Shown one piece after another: positions 48,150 through 59,949 of a stretch of 64,000 nt of DNA. The notes below the pieces were generated by a model. It searched no databases, was not told where the DNA came from, and was given only the letters and a program-made list of their open reading frames with translations. The translations under genes and the position numbers were made by a program. Position 1 is the stretch's first letter. Each line of letters opens with the position of its first letter. Source of the DNA: Squalus acanthias (taxonomy: Eukaryota); assembly GCA_030390025.1 (NCBI GenBank), contig CM059432.1:53694001-53758000 (forward strand), read 5' to 3'.

Positions 48150-49128
48150 GCAGGACATCTTTTGAGATTGTCTATGGAGACAGTTTAAAGAATATGCTTG
48201 CCATTCGACTGATTAATATGTATTTTAACTGTTCTTTCGTTAATAACAGAATGTATTTGAACAGGTTTTTTCTACTTCGGTCTTAAACCAGGTTTTTGCT
48301 CGAACTTCTTTTCCTGTACCCATTCTCCTGCTAGGGGTTGCTATGCTTTGTTTGTCAATTTTTTCTGCCTATTTGCCTCCCTTATCCTCTGATCAATTTG
48401 ATGAATCTCCTCTGTTACTTCTTTTTTAAAATCTAACTGTCGCTGTCGGGTCAAGGAATCAGAGAGTGTAGAGGCATCTCAACCCCATACATCAGATAAT
48501 ATGGAGTTTTAGGGGATACTGTCCCTGATGCAGATGTGGGCACATTATTAAGTGATAGCTGCACCTCCGGAATGACGGTGGTCCACTTATTTCCCCTGAT
48601 TCTCAACAGTTTGACCAATAGCTTTTTTACTTACTGGTTTTTACGTTCCACCAGCCCCGCTGATTGCGGATGACGTGGTGTGCTGTGCTCTAACCCAATC
48701 CCCCTTTGTCCGCAGTAGTCTTTGAAGACCTTGGAGACAAAGGCTCCGCCTTTAACGGAGTGTAAGATTTTGGGTGCACCAGCTACAGTAATTATGTCAG
48801 TAATAGCATTGGCGAGTGCGTTTTCCGAAACAGTTTTTGTGGGGACCAGCCAGCAGAAGGAAGTGCATCCATCTACACAAACGAGAACATGCCTGTATCC
48901 CAAAGACGGGGGAAGTGGTACAATAAAGTCAATGAAGAATTTTCCCATTGGCTCATCAGCTTTCACAGGAGCCAATGGTGGTGGCTTAATTAGTGATGAC
49001 TTATTGGTTAAATAGCATGGCTCACAATTTGCCACGTATGTTTTACAGGCCTTAAGCATGCCTGGCCACCAATATAAGGGAGTCAATTTGCAGAATGTTG
49101 TTCTGGCTCCACAATGTGCTTGACCGGG
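48150..49128 (-). pseudogene. pol: Foamy-virus-like integrase (endogenous spumaretrovirus-like fragment)
   Basis: AHCG..LYWWPGM..CEPCYLTN..KFFIDFIVPLPPSLGY..HSTPRHPQSAGLVERKN..KLL..KW..PEVQLSLNN..LTRQRQL..VQEK..LRPK*KKP..TVSIDNLK, collinear with the recalled prototype foamy virus integrase. Confidence 0.85.
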
Positions 49129-49749
49129 CTTTCGTGCATGTGCATCGTATGCGGGAACCTGGAACTCGTAGGGCCATTCACAGCATTTATGACAGCATAC
49201 GCTGTGTGTAGGCTGTCATAGGCCCCGTAAATTCCAGGCCAATGTGTTAGCACTCAAAAATCTTGGGTCAGCTAATTGCATATTTAGTCATAGATCCAGG
49301 TGCAGACGGGGCAAGTATGGGGAGCACATGGGACCGGAAAACCCGCTGGCCTGATCCTGATGTAAGTGCTGGGAATGTGTCTACCCATGACCTCTGGTTC
49401 TGAGCTGTCAAAGTTCGCAGTGCCAGGAAGTGATTACTTAATTTAAATAAGATGAGTGGGTGACCCACCTGCCATCCTATTTGGGAACCTCCTCTTCTTC
49501 TCTGCAGCTTACATTGGTGGATTTCCATTGGGAAACCCATAGATGCCAATAACATGGCAGTGAAAAGAAGTAAATAAGCAAACTGGCATAAAGGCTCATG
49601 AGAACCAATGTACCATGAGGACAAAAAAAACAGGCCAAAAAGAAGTTTCTTTGTAGTCCTTTATATTTACTTACCTGTGCTGATCATTTCCTGGATCCCC
49701 AGCTACAATGGAGGTTATTTTCTCTAACTTTAGAAAGTAAAGAAAAAGA

Positions 49750-50009
49750 TACGGGGTTACGGGGAGCGGGCAGGAATTTGGACATGAGTCTAGGTTCGGA
49801 TCGGTCATGGCCCTGTGGGTAGCGTAGCGGGCCCAGGGGCCGTGTAGCCTGATCCTGCTCCTATTTCGTGTGTCCAATTCCGTTAGGTTCAGGAGATGGT
49901 TCTGTGATAGTAGATTGGCGGTTAGGATCAGATCAGCCATGATCTTATTGAATGGCGGAGCAGGCTCGAGCGGCCAATTGGCCTGCTCCTTGTTCTTATG
50001 TTCTTATGA
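49750..50009 (+). mobile_element. Two tandem CR1-type 3' ends
   Basis: Degenerate tail followed by GATCAGCCATGATCTTATTGAATGGCGGAGCAGGCTCGA...(TTCTTATG)2. Confidence 0.6.
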
Positions 50010-50230
50010 TACGAGAGATCGTAAAATGGTGCTTTGTCATTTAAATATTCTAACAAACCTACCACCTGCTTCAAGTGAGAGTTTTCAATGCCTGCCTACT
50101 AACTCTCTGATAAACCATATTGCTCGCTACAGCTTCAGGGGTCTCTGCCCATATTTGCTCAATGGAATGCCCTGGAAACAGGCACTAATGGGATACTCGG
50201 AGGAAGAATACTGACCCCATAATACCTTTA

Positions 50231-50927
50231 GGGGGAAAAAAAATTGAGTTGCGCCCCCTTTGGGGCGCTAACTTCGCCGGAGTGCTCCTTTTAGCGCCCC
50301 CCAAAAAATGAGCACCCCCGCAGCCAAAATTCATCGGTAGCGCCCCAAGAGGGAAGCGGGGCACTACTAGAAACACCCCGCCTCCCTCTTGCGGCGCTGC
50401 GAGGGAATATCGTGGCGCTACATGCCGCAGTGCCATGCGCTGTGGCACGTCGCGCCGCAGTACTGCAGGCCTTCCTCCGCTTTACCTTGCACAGTGCGAC
50501 CCAGGGCCCAGCTGGGCCACCAGGGATCGGAGTGCCAGCAAAAGAGCCCGGCACTCAAGAGAAGTGCTGGGTTCATGGAGCGCAGGCGGCACTCCACAGG
50601 GGGGCGGCAGAGGAGGCCGGGGATGGCAACAGGGGCAGGTGCTGGCAGGCGGCCAACAACAAAAATGGCCGCCCGGCACCTCGCCTTTAATTAGTACCAC
50701 CCTGGCCGCAGGTAGGTACCCCTGACCCCATCGGGCATAGCGTCCGGCGGTAAGTCAGGGGGCGCCACCGAAGATTACGGCCGGGGCCCTGCGCACGGCA
50801 ATGATGTCAATGGTGCTAACGGTTACCGGCGCCGCTAACCTCCCGCTGAATTTCGCAGGAGGCGTTGGCGGCGCCGTGCCTTCTTAGGGCGCTAACGTGA
50901 GGTGCAAAGCAACTGAATTTTTCCCCC
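50231..50927. mobile_element. PIF/Harbinger MITE with related TIRs and a different interior
   Basis: GGGGGAAAAAAAATTGAGTTGC / GCAACTGAATTTTTCCCCC; TSD TTA. Confidence 0.85.
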
Positions 50928-51815
50928 TTACTATTTGTGGCATTTTACTTCAGGGTATATTTTCATCCTCTTTTCAATAAAATGATTGATCTGGGGTTTT
51001 TTTGCAGATTTTCATGTCTGACAGAAAACCAACCAATGTGACTGCGCCTGTAAAAACGTTGTCCTTGAAATGCTCAATCACCCGTTGTAACTCCGGGTGG
51101 GAGTTCGGTGGAACTCAGAAGCGGCTTCAATGCTGTAAATGGTTAAAAACAGCCATCTATGCTGTATCCCTGGGGTTCTGCTGGTCTTCTGCCGAAGTTA
51201 CGGTGGGAGATCAGGAGAAGCTCTGCTGAATTTCCAGGCTTCTCAATAGCTAATGAGCCAGTTAATTGGTATAAATTATTTCAAAAATGTATTCATTAAA
51301 GGTTTTGATAGAGTAAATAAGGAGAACTGTTTCCACTGGCAAAAAGGCCTGTAACCTGAGGACACAGATTTAAAGTAATTGGAATGCACTGCCTGAAAGG
51401 GTAGTGGAAGCAGATTCAGTAGTAACTTTTAAAAGGGAATTGGATATATACTTGAAAGAAAGAAAGAAAGAGTTGCATTTATATAGCGCCTTTCACCACC
51501 ACCGGACATTCAAAGCGCTTTACAGTCAATGAGGTACTTTTGAAGTGGAGTCACTGTTGTAATGTAGGAAATGCAGCAGCCAATTTGCGCACAGCAAGGT
51601 CCCACAAACAGCAATGTGATAATGACCAGATAATCTGTTTTTTGTTACATTGGTTGAGGGAAATAGGGCCATGGGATCTTTTACATTCACCTGAGAGAGC
51701 AGATGGGGCCTCGGTTTAACGTCTCATCCGAAAGACGGCACCTCCAACAGTGCAGCACTCCCTCAGCACTGTACTGGAGCGTCAGCCTAGCTTTATGTGC
51801 TCAAGTCCCTGGAGT

Positions 51816-54517
51816 ATAGAAACATAGAAGATAGGAGCAGGAGTAGGCCATTCGGCCCCTCGAGCCTGCTCCGCCATTTAATGAGATCATGGCTGATCAT
51901 CCAAATTCAGTACCCTGTCCCTGCTTTCTCCCCAGATCCCTTTAGCCTTAAGAAATATATCTATCTCCTTCTTGAATATATTTAATGAATTGGCCTCAAC
52001 TGCCTTCTGTGGTAGAGAATTCCACAGGTTCACCACTCTCTGGGTGAAGAAATTCTTCCTCATTTCTGTCCTAAATGGCTTACCCCTTATCCTTAGATTA
52101 TGACCCCTGGTTCTGGACTCTCCGACCATCGGGAACATTCTTCCTGCTTCTAGTTTGTCCAGACCTGTCAGAATTTTATATGTTTCGATGAGATCCCCTC
52201 TCATTCTTCTATACTCCAGCGAGTATAAGCCTAATCGACCCAATCTCTCCTCATATGTCATTCCTGCCATCCCAGGTATTAGACTTGTGAATCTTCGCTG
52301 CACTCCTTCCATGGCAAGAACATCCTTCCTCAGATAAGGCGACCAAAACTGCACACAGTACTCAAGGTGTGGTCTCACCAAGGCCCTGTACAACTGCAGC
52401 AGGACATCCCTGTTCCTATACTCAAACCCTTTCGCTATGAAGGCCAACATACCATTTGCCTTCTTCAACGCCTGCTGCACCTGCATGCTTACCTTCAGCG
52501 ACTGGTGCACAAGGACACCCAGGTCTCGTTGCACTTGCCCTTCTCCCAATCTATTGCCATTCAGATAATAGTCTGCCTTTCTGTTTTTGACACCAAAGTG
52601 GATAACCTCGCATTTATCCATGTTATATTGCATCTGCCACGCTTCTGCCCACTCACCCAACCTGTCCAAATCATCCTGGAGTTTCTCGGTATCCTCCTCG
52701 CAGCACACACGCCCACCCAGCTTTGTGTCATCTGCAAACTTGGAGATATTACAGTTAGTTTCCTTATCTAGATCATTAATGTATATTGTGAATAGCTGGG
52801 GTCCAAGGACCGATCCCTGCGGTACCCGACTAGTCACTGCCTGCCACTCGGAAAAAGACCAATGAATTCCTACTCTCTCCTTTCTGTCCGCCAACCAGTT
52901 CTCTATCCAAGTCAATACCTTGCCCCCAATCCCATGTGCCTTAACTTTACACGCTAATCTCTTATGCGGGACCTTATCGAAAGCCTTTTGAAAGTCCAAA
53001 TACACCACATCTACTGGTTCTCCCTTATCTATTTTCCCAGTTACATCCTCAAAAAATTCCAGTAGATTAGTCAAGCACGATTTACCTTTTGTAAATCCAT
53101 GTTGACTTTGTCTGATCCTGTCACTGTTTTCCAAGAGCTCAGCTATTACATCCTTTATAATGGACTCTAGCATTTTCCCCACTACCGATGTCAGGCTTAC
53201 CGGTCTGTAATTCCCCGCTTTCTCTCTACCACCCTTTTTGAATAGTGGGGTAACATTAGCTACCCTCCAATCCATGGGTACATTTCCAGATTCCATCGAA
53301 TGTTGGAAGATGATCAGCAATGCATCTACTATTTCTAGGGCCACTTCCTTAAGTACCCTAGGATGTAGATTATAAGGCCCTGGGGATTTATCGGCCTTCA
53401 ATCCCTGTATTTGAACCACCATGGCAAGTCAAAGGCTGGCTACTAGGCAACAAGACTTATCCCCTCATGACATGGCTCATGACTCCGGTCAGGAACATAC
53501 TCACACATGCACAGAAAGCCTAAAATTTCTGTATTCTTTGTTTTGTATCATTGTCGCTTGAAATGTATGTACTTAGTCGACGTGCTAATGATTGTAAGAC
53601 TGAATTATAACTGTGACTGTAATAATTGTGTTTTGTCGGTAACAGAGCATGGGAAAAGCCAATACGATCCAATATGAGCTGCCCAGTTATGTGGTACAAT
53701 TCAGGTACGACATTCTCCTGTTGTCTGAGGAATTCAGTGAGCTCATGATGCGAATGAACTCGCCCCTAAAGCAATTTTATGTTTTGGAGCAAGACAACTC
53801 GAGAATAGATATTGAAATTGACAGCATAAGGGACGATTCACACTGGTGGGATATTGGGGTTTATATATCAGCTCACCCTTAGGTTCGTATCATTTCACAT
53901 GCTCTGGTAGTTCTCCAACTTGTAATGACCGTATATTTGATATATGTAATCTGTGTAATAAGACTTTGATGCATAAGCCAAATGTGTATCTATAATCATG
54001 ACTAACTGTACTAATGAATTAATGACGGATGAAAATCAGAGGCAACATAGAGGAGACCCCAGGCGGGGTAAGATCAGGAAAGATAGAAGACAGAGGATAC
54101 CCCAGGCGGGGCAGAATTGGAACACCGGAATAGTGAATTGAACCGTCGAACCAATAATTTAGAATTGGCATGGTTGGTAGAGGTTCATAAATGAGAGGTC
54201 GAAATAGAGTTTTTCTCCCTCTCAAGGTGGGGACTGTTAGAAACTAGGGGTGCCTAAAAATACTGTGTTTAAATGATAAGTTTTGTTTTCCTGGAAAGCT
54301 TGCATTAGAATTTATGACAGTCTTTTTAATCAGTTAGATTAGGTGAAACATAAACATTCCACACGGGGGCCCATAGGATGGTCCTGCCAGGCTGGTTATC
54401 TGTTGTTTGTAAGTTAGGGTTTTGACTTTGTTAATGTATCTTTAATTTGGCCAGTAAAGGCCCAACCTATGTTTCTTCAATTATTACTAATAACCATATT
54501 ATAATCTCCACAGATAG
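51816..54517 (-). repeat. Inverted duplicate of about 11435-14145 (LTR U3 part + PPT + env remnant + spacer + CR1 RT)
   Basis: Paired ORFs 51887-53422/12530-13990, 53649-53882/12070-12303 and 54019-54225/11727-11933. Confidence 0.95.
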
Positions 54518-57500
54518 TGTGGTCTCACCTAGGCCTTGTACAACTGCAGCAAGACATCCTTGCTCCTGTACTCGAATCCTCTCGCTATGAAGGTCAACAT
54601 ACCATTTGCCTTCTTAACCGCCTGCTGCACCTGCATGCTTACCTTCAGCGACTGGTGCACAAGGACTCCCAGATCTTGTTGCACTTCCCCTTTTCCCAAT
54701 CTATTGCCGTTCAGATAATAATCTGTCTTCCTATTTTTGCCACCAAAGTGGATAACCTCGCATTTATCCACATTATATTGCATCTGCCATGCATCTGCCC
54801 AATCACCCAACCTGTCCAAATCATCCTGAAGTTTCTCGGCATCCTCCTCATAGCACACACGCCCACCCAGCTTTGTGTCATCTGCAAACTTGGAGATATT
54901 ACATCTAGTTCCCTTGTCTAGATCATTTATATATATTGTGAATAGCTGGGGTCCTAGCACTGATCCCTGTGGTACCCCACTAGTCACTGCCTGCCACTCG
55001 GAAAAAGACCCGTTTATTCCAACTCTTTGCTTCCTGTCTGCCAACCAGTTCTCTATCCAAATCAGTACCTCACCCCCAATCCCATGTGCTTTAACTTTGC
55101 ACGCTAATCTCTTATGCGGGACCTTATCAAAAGCCTTCTGAAAGTCCAAATACACCACATCAACTGGTTCTCCCTTATCTATTCTACCAGTTACATCCTC
55201 AAAAAATTCCAGTAGATTAGTCAGGCATGATTTCCCTTTTGTAAATTCATGTTGACTTTGTCCAATCCTGTCACTGTTTTCCAAGTGCTCTGCTATTACA
55301 TCTTTTATAATGGACTCTAGCATTTTCCCCACTACCGATGTCAGGCTTACCGGCCTATAATTCCCCGTTTTCTCTCTACCACCTTTTTTAAATAGTGGGG
55401 TTACATTAGATACCCTCCAATCCATGGGAACTGTTCCAGAGTCTATAGAATTTTGAAAGATGACCAGCAATGCATCAACTATTTCTAGGGCCACTTCCTT
55501 AAGTACCCTAGGATGTAGATTATCAGGCCTTGGGGATTTATCGGCCTTCAATCCCGTCAATTTCCCTAACACCATTTCCCTACAAATACTGATTTCATTC
55601 AATTCCTCCCTCTCATTAGACCCTATGTTCCCCGACATCTCTAGGAGGTTATTTGTGTCCTCCTTTGTGAAGACAGAACCAAAGTATATAGTTTATTCGT
55701 CAGCCATTTCTTTGTTCCCCATTATAAATTCCCCTGATTCTGACTGCAAGGGACATAGAAACATAGAAACATAGAATCTAGGAGCAGGAGTAGGCCATTC
55801 GGCCCGTCGAGCCTGCTCCGCCATTCAATACGATCATGGCTGATCATCCAAATCCAGTACCCTGTCCCTGCTTTAATCCCCACAGTACACATATCCCACC
55901 CTACCCCCGTAACCCCACGTATTTAATTCCCCCTAACATATCCCATCCTATCCCCATAACCCCACATATTTAATCCCCCCTAACACTAAGGGTCAATTTA
56001 TCATAGCCAAATCAACCTAACCCACACACCTACGCTTGACTTCACCAATCTTTTTCTCTTCCCATATCTATAGAAGCTTTTACAGTCAGTTTTTATGTCC
56101 CAACAAGCTTACTCTCATATTCTATTTTCCCCCTCTGAATTAATCCCTTTGTCCTCCTTTGCTGAATCCTAAACTGCTCCCAGTCCTCAGGTTTGCTGCT
56201 TTTTCTGGCCAATTTATATGTCCTCTCCTTGGATCTTATGGTATTCCTAATTTCCCTTGTTAGCCACGGTTGAGTCACCTTTTTTTTGTGCCAAACAGGG
56301 ATGAACAAATTCTGTAGTTCATCCATGCGATCTTTAAATGTTTGCAATTGCCTATCCACCGTCAACCCTTTAAGTAACGCTCTCCAATCCACCCTAGCCA
56401 ACTCGCGCCTCATACCATCGTAGTTTCCTTTATTTAAATTGAGCACCCTAGTCGCTGAGTCAACTACTTCACTCTCCATCTTAATGAAGAATTCTATCTC
56501 ATTATGATCGCTCCTCCCCAAGGGGCCTTGCACAACAAGATTGCTAATTAATCCTTTCTCATTACATAATACCCAGTCTAAGATGGCCTGATCTCTAGTT
56601 GGTTCCTCGACATATTGGTCCAGGAAACCATCCCGTATAAACTCTAGGAATTCCTCCTCCACAGTATTGTTACTAATTTGGTTAGCCCAATCTATATGTA
56701 GATTAAAGTCACCCATGATAACTGCTGTGCCCTTATTGCACGCTTCTCTAATTTCCCGTTTAATGTCATCCCCAACCTCAGCATTACTGTTTGGGGGTCT
56801 GGATACAACTCCCACTAACGTTTTCTGCCCCTTGGTATTTCTCAGCTCTACCCATACAGATTCCACATCATCAGAGCTAATATCCTTCCTTACTATTGTG
56901 TTAATCTCCTCTTTAACCAGCAATGCTACCCCACCTCCTTTTCCTTTTTGTCTGTCCTTCCTGAATATTGAATACCCCTGGATGTTGAATTCTCAGTCTT
57001 GGTCACCCTGGAGCCATGTCTCCGTAATCCCAATTATATCATATCCGTTTACATCTATTTGCGCAGCTAATTCATCCACCTTAGTACGAATGCTCCTCGC
57101 ATTAAGACACAAAGCCTTCAGGCTTGTTTTTTTAACACTCTTAGTCCTTTTAGAATTATTATTTACTGTAGCCCTGTTTGATTTACACCCTTGATTTCTC
57201 TGCCTTCCACTTTTGCTTTTCTCCTTCCTGTCTTTTGCTTCTATCCTTGCTTCCCTTTCCTCTGTTTCCCTGCACAGGTTCTCAACCCCCTGCCATTTAA
57301 GTTTAAACCCTCCCCAACAGCACTAGCAAACACTCCCCCTAGGACATCGGTCCCGGTCCTGCCCAGGTGCAAACCGTCCAGTTTGTACTAGTCCCACCTC
57401 CCCCAGAACTGGTTCCAATGTCCCAGGAATTTGAATCCCTCCCCCTTGCACCATTCCTCTAGCCACATATTCATCTGAAATATCCTTCTATTTCTACTCT

Positions 57501-57796
57501 GACTAGCACGTGGCACTGGTAGCAATCCTGAGATTACTACCTTTGAGGTCCTATTTTTTAATTTACCTCCTAACTCCCTATATTTAGCTTTTAGGACCTC
57601 ATCCCATTTTTTACCTATATCGTTGGTACCTATATGCACCACGACAACTGGCTGTTCACCCTCCCCCTCCAGAATGCCCTGCAGCCGCTCCAAGACATCC
57701 TTGACCCTTGCACCAGGGAGGCAACATACCATCCTGGAGTCTCATTTGCGGCCGCAGAAACGCCCATCTATTCCCCTTACAATAAAATTCCCTATT
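54518..57796 (-). mobile_element. CR1 (partial ORF1 esterase + ORF2 EN/RT), 3'-truncated at the chimera junction
   Basis: ORFs 57388-57732, 56093-56923 and 54529-55638. Confidence 0.92.
55753..56027 (-). mobile_element. 5'-truncated V-SINE with long CR1 tail
   Basis: Near-identical to about 42570-42820; splits CR1 ORF2. Confidence 0.85.
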
Positions 57797-58432
57797 GACT
57801 TGAACCCACAACCTTCTGACTCAGAGGAGAGTGTGCTACCAACTGAGACACGGCTGAAAAGCTAAAAAAAATTGCAGGGCTATGGGGAAAGAGCAGGCAT
57901 GATTGCCCAAATGGTCTCCTTCTGTGCTGTATGATTCTATGATTCATCCAGTATGAGGTGCACACAACATTTCAGTTTTTGCTCAGGATAAAATATGAAA
58001 AGCCTGTTTCACTGACCAGGTCATGGAGTACCTAGTGTATTGCATCATGGAGAAAGGGGCTTCTGCATCACAGCATACTGTGAAAAGAAAAAGCATGGCA
58101 ATCTGCTAAAGAGCATGTGAACCGGAGTCAGCTACTGTGAGGAGGTACAAGGATGTCTGGAAGAAGTTTCACACCTGAAAAATGCACTAAGGTGTGAAAA
58201 GAATATTACTATAAATATTGGCAACGGACAGATTATGGAAATTAAGGCAAGTGCCATTTACAATAGCTCAATGTAATAAAGTGAAATCATCCGGTTTTAA
58301 TATGGAGACGAAGGACATGAAGTGTACTTTGGCTGCTCTGCACCTGACAAAGCCTAGGTGCAGGGGCCACAGCAAAATGGAGGCCAACTCCCGTGATGTC
58401 CCCTGTGGGTGCCTGGAATTAGCCTTTAACAT

Positions 58433-58504
58433 AGAATTTGAGGGAAGTGATAACCTTGACTGCTCCTAAGAATTTGAGGGAAGTGATAACCTTGACTGCT
58501 CCTA
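58433..58504. repeat. Perfect 36-bp tandem duplication
   Basis: AGAATTTGAGGGAAGTGATAACCTTGACTGCTCCTA x2. Confidence 0.9.
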
Positions 58505-58691
58505 ATAATATGTGGATTGTTAACTGTCCTTGCAAGTTGCCATGGACCAGATGGCACAATTTAGTCACAGCCTTCTGCTGAGCCTGAATATTATTATACA
58601 CTGATCCACCATCATTCCCAGATAGCTTTTTGTACTATTTTTTTTGAATATTCACTTATGGGATCTGGGCGTTGCTGGAAAGGCCAGCATT

Positions 58692-59945
58692 TACATACAT
58701 ACATACAAATTAGGAGCAGGAGTAGGCCACTCGGCCCTTCGCGCCTGCTCCGCCATTCAATAAGATCATGGCTGATCCGATTACTCCACATGCCCGCCTA
58801 CCCCTGATAACTTTTCACCCCCTTGCTTACCAAGAATCTATCTACCTCTGCCTTAAAAATATTCAAAGACTCTGCTTCCGCTGCCCTCTGAGGAAGAGAG
58901 TTCCAAAGACTCACGACACTCTGAGAAAAAAATTTCTCTTCATCTCTGTCTTAAATGGGCGACCCCTTATTTTTAAACAGTGACCCCCTAGTTCTAGATT
59001 CTCCCACAAGAGGAAACATCCTCTCCACATCCACCCTGTCCTGACCACTCAGGATCGATCTTATATGTTTCAATCATGTCACCTCTTACTCTTCTAAACT
59101 CCAGCAGATACAAGCCTAGCCTGTCCAACTTTTCCTCATAAGACAACCCGCCCATTCCAGGTATTAGTCTAGTAAACCTTCTCTGAACTGCTTCCAACGC
59201 ATTTACATCCTTCCTTATATAAGGAGACCAATACTGTACTCCAGATGTGGTCTCGCCAATGCCCTGTATAACTGAAGCATAACCTCCCTACTTTTGTATT
59301 CAATTCCTCTCGCAATAAGCGATGACATTCTATTAGCTTTCCTAATTACTTGCTGTACCTGCACAGTAACCTTTTGTGATTCATGCACTAGGACACCCAG
59401 ATCCCTCTGCATCTCAGAGCTCTGCAATCTTTCACCATTTAGATAATATGCTTCTTTTTTATTCTTCCTGCCAAAATGGACAACTTCACATTTCCCCACA
59501 TTATACTCCATTTGCCAGATCTTTGCCCACTCACTTAACCTATCTATATCCCTTTGTAGCCTCCTTATGTCCTCTTCACAATTTACTTTCCTACCTATCT
59601 TTGTGTCATCAGCAAATTTAGGAACCATACCTTCGGTCTCTTCATCCAAGTCATTTATATAAATTGTAAAAAGTTGAGGCCCCAGCAATGATCCCTATGG
59701 CACACTACTCGTTACATCCTGCCAATCAGAAAATGACCCATTTATGCCTACTCTCTGTTTCCTGTTAGCTAGCCAATCTTCTATCCATGCCAATATGTTA
59801 CCCCCTACACCATGAGCTTTTATTTTCCGCAATAACCTTTGATGTGGCACCTTACCAAATGCCTTCTGGAAATCTAAGTACAGTACATCCACCGGTTCCC
59901 CTTTATCCACAGCACGTTACTTCCTCAAAGAACGCCAATAAATTG
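58692..59945 (-). mobile_element. 5'-truncated degenerate CR1 inserted in the tail of a second-family LINE
   Basis: YLDFQKAF, FADD, VQRRFTRL; (TATG)n tail; host LINE tail resumes at about 58640-58692. Confidence 0.9.
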
Positions 59946-59949
59946 TTAA

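Larger units (their letters stand above)
51455..57857 (-). mobile_element. Deu-domain SINE split into 51455-51815 (body) and 57797-57857 (tRNA head)
   Basis: ...GTGCTCAAGTCCCTGGAGT | GACTTGAACCCACAACCTTCTGACTCAGAGG rejoin across the 6-kb insert; body homologous to 23160-23532. Confidence 0.8.

Noticed and set aside
50185..50927. CpG-island promoter or GC-rich gene
   Set aside because: The GC-rich DNA is bounded exactly by MITE TIRs and a TTA TSD.
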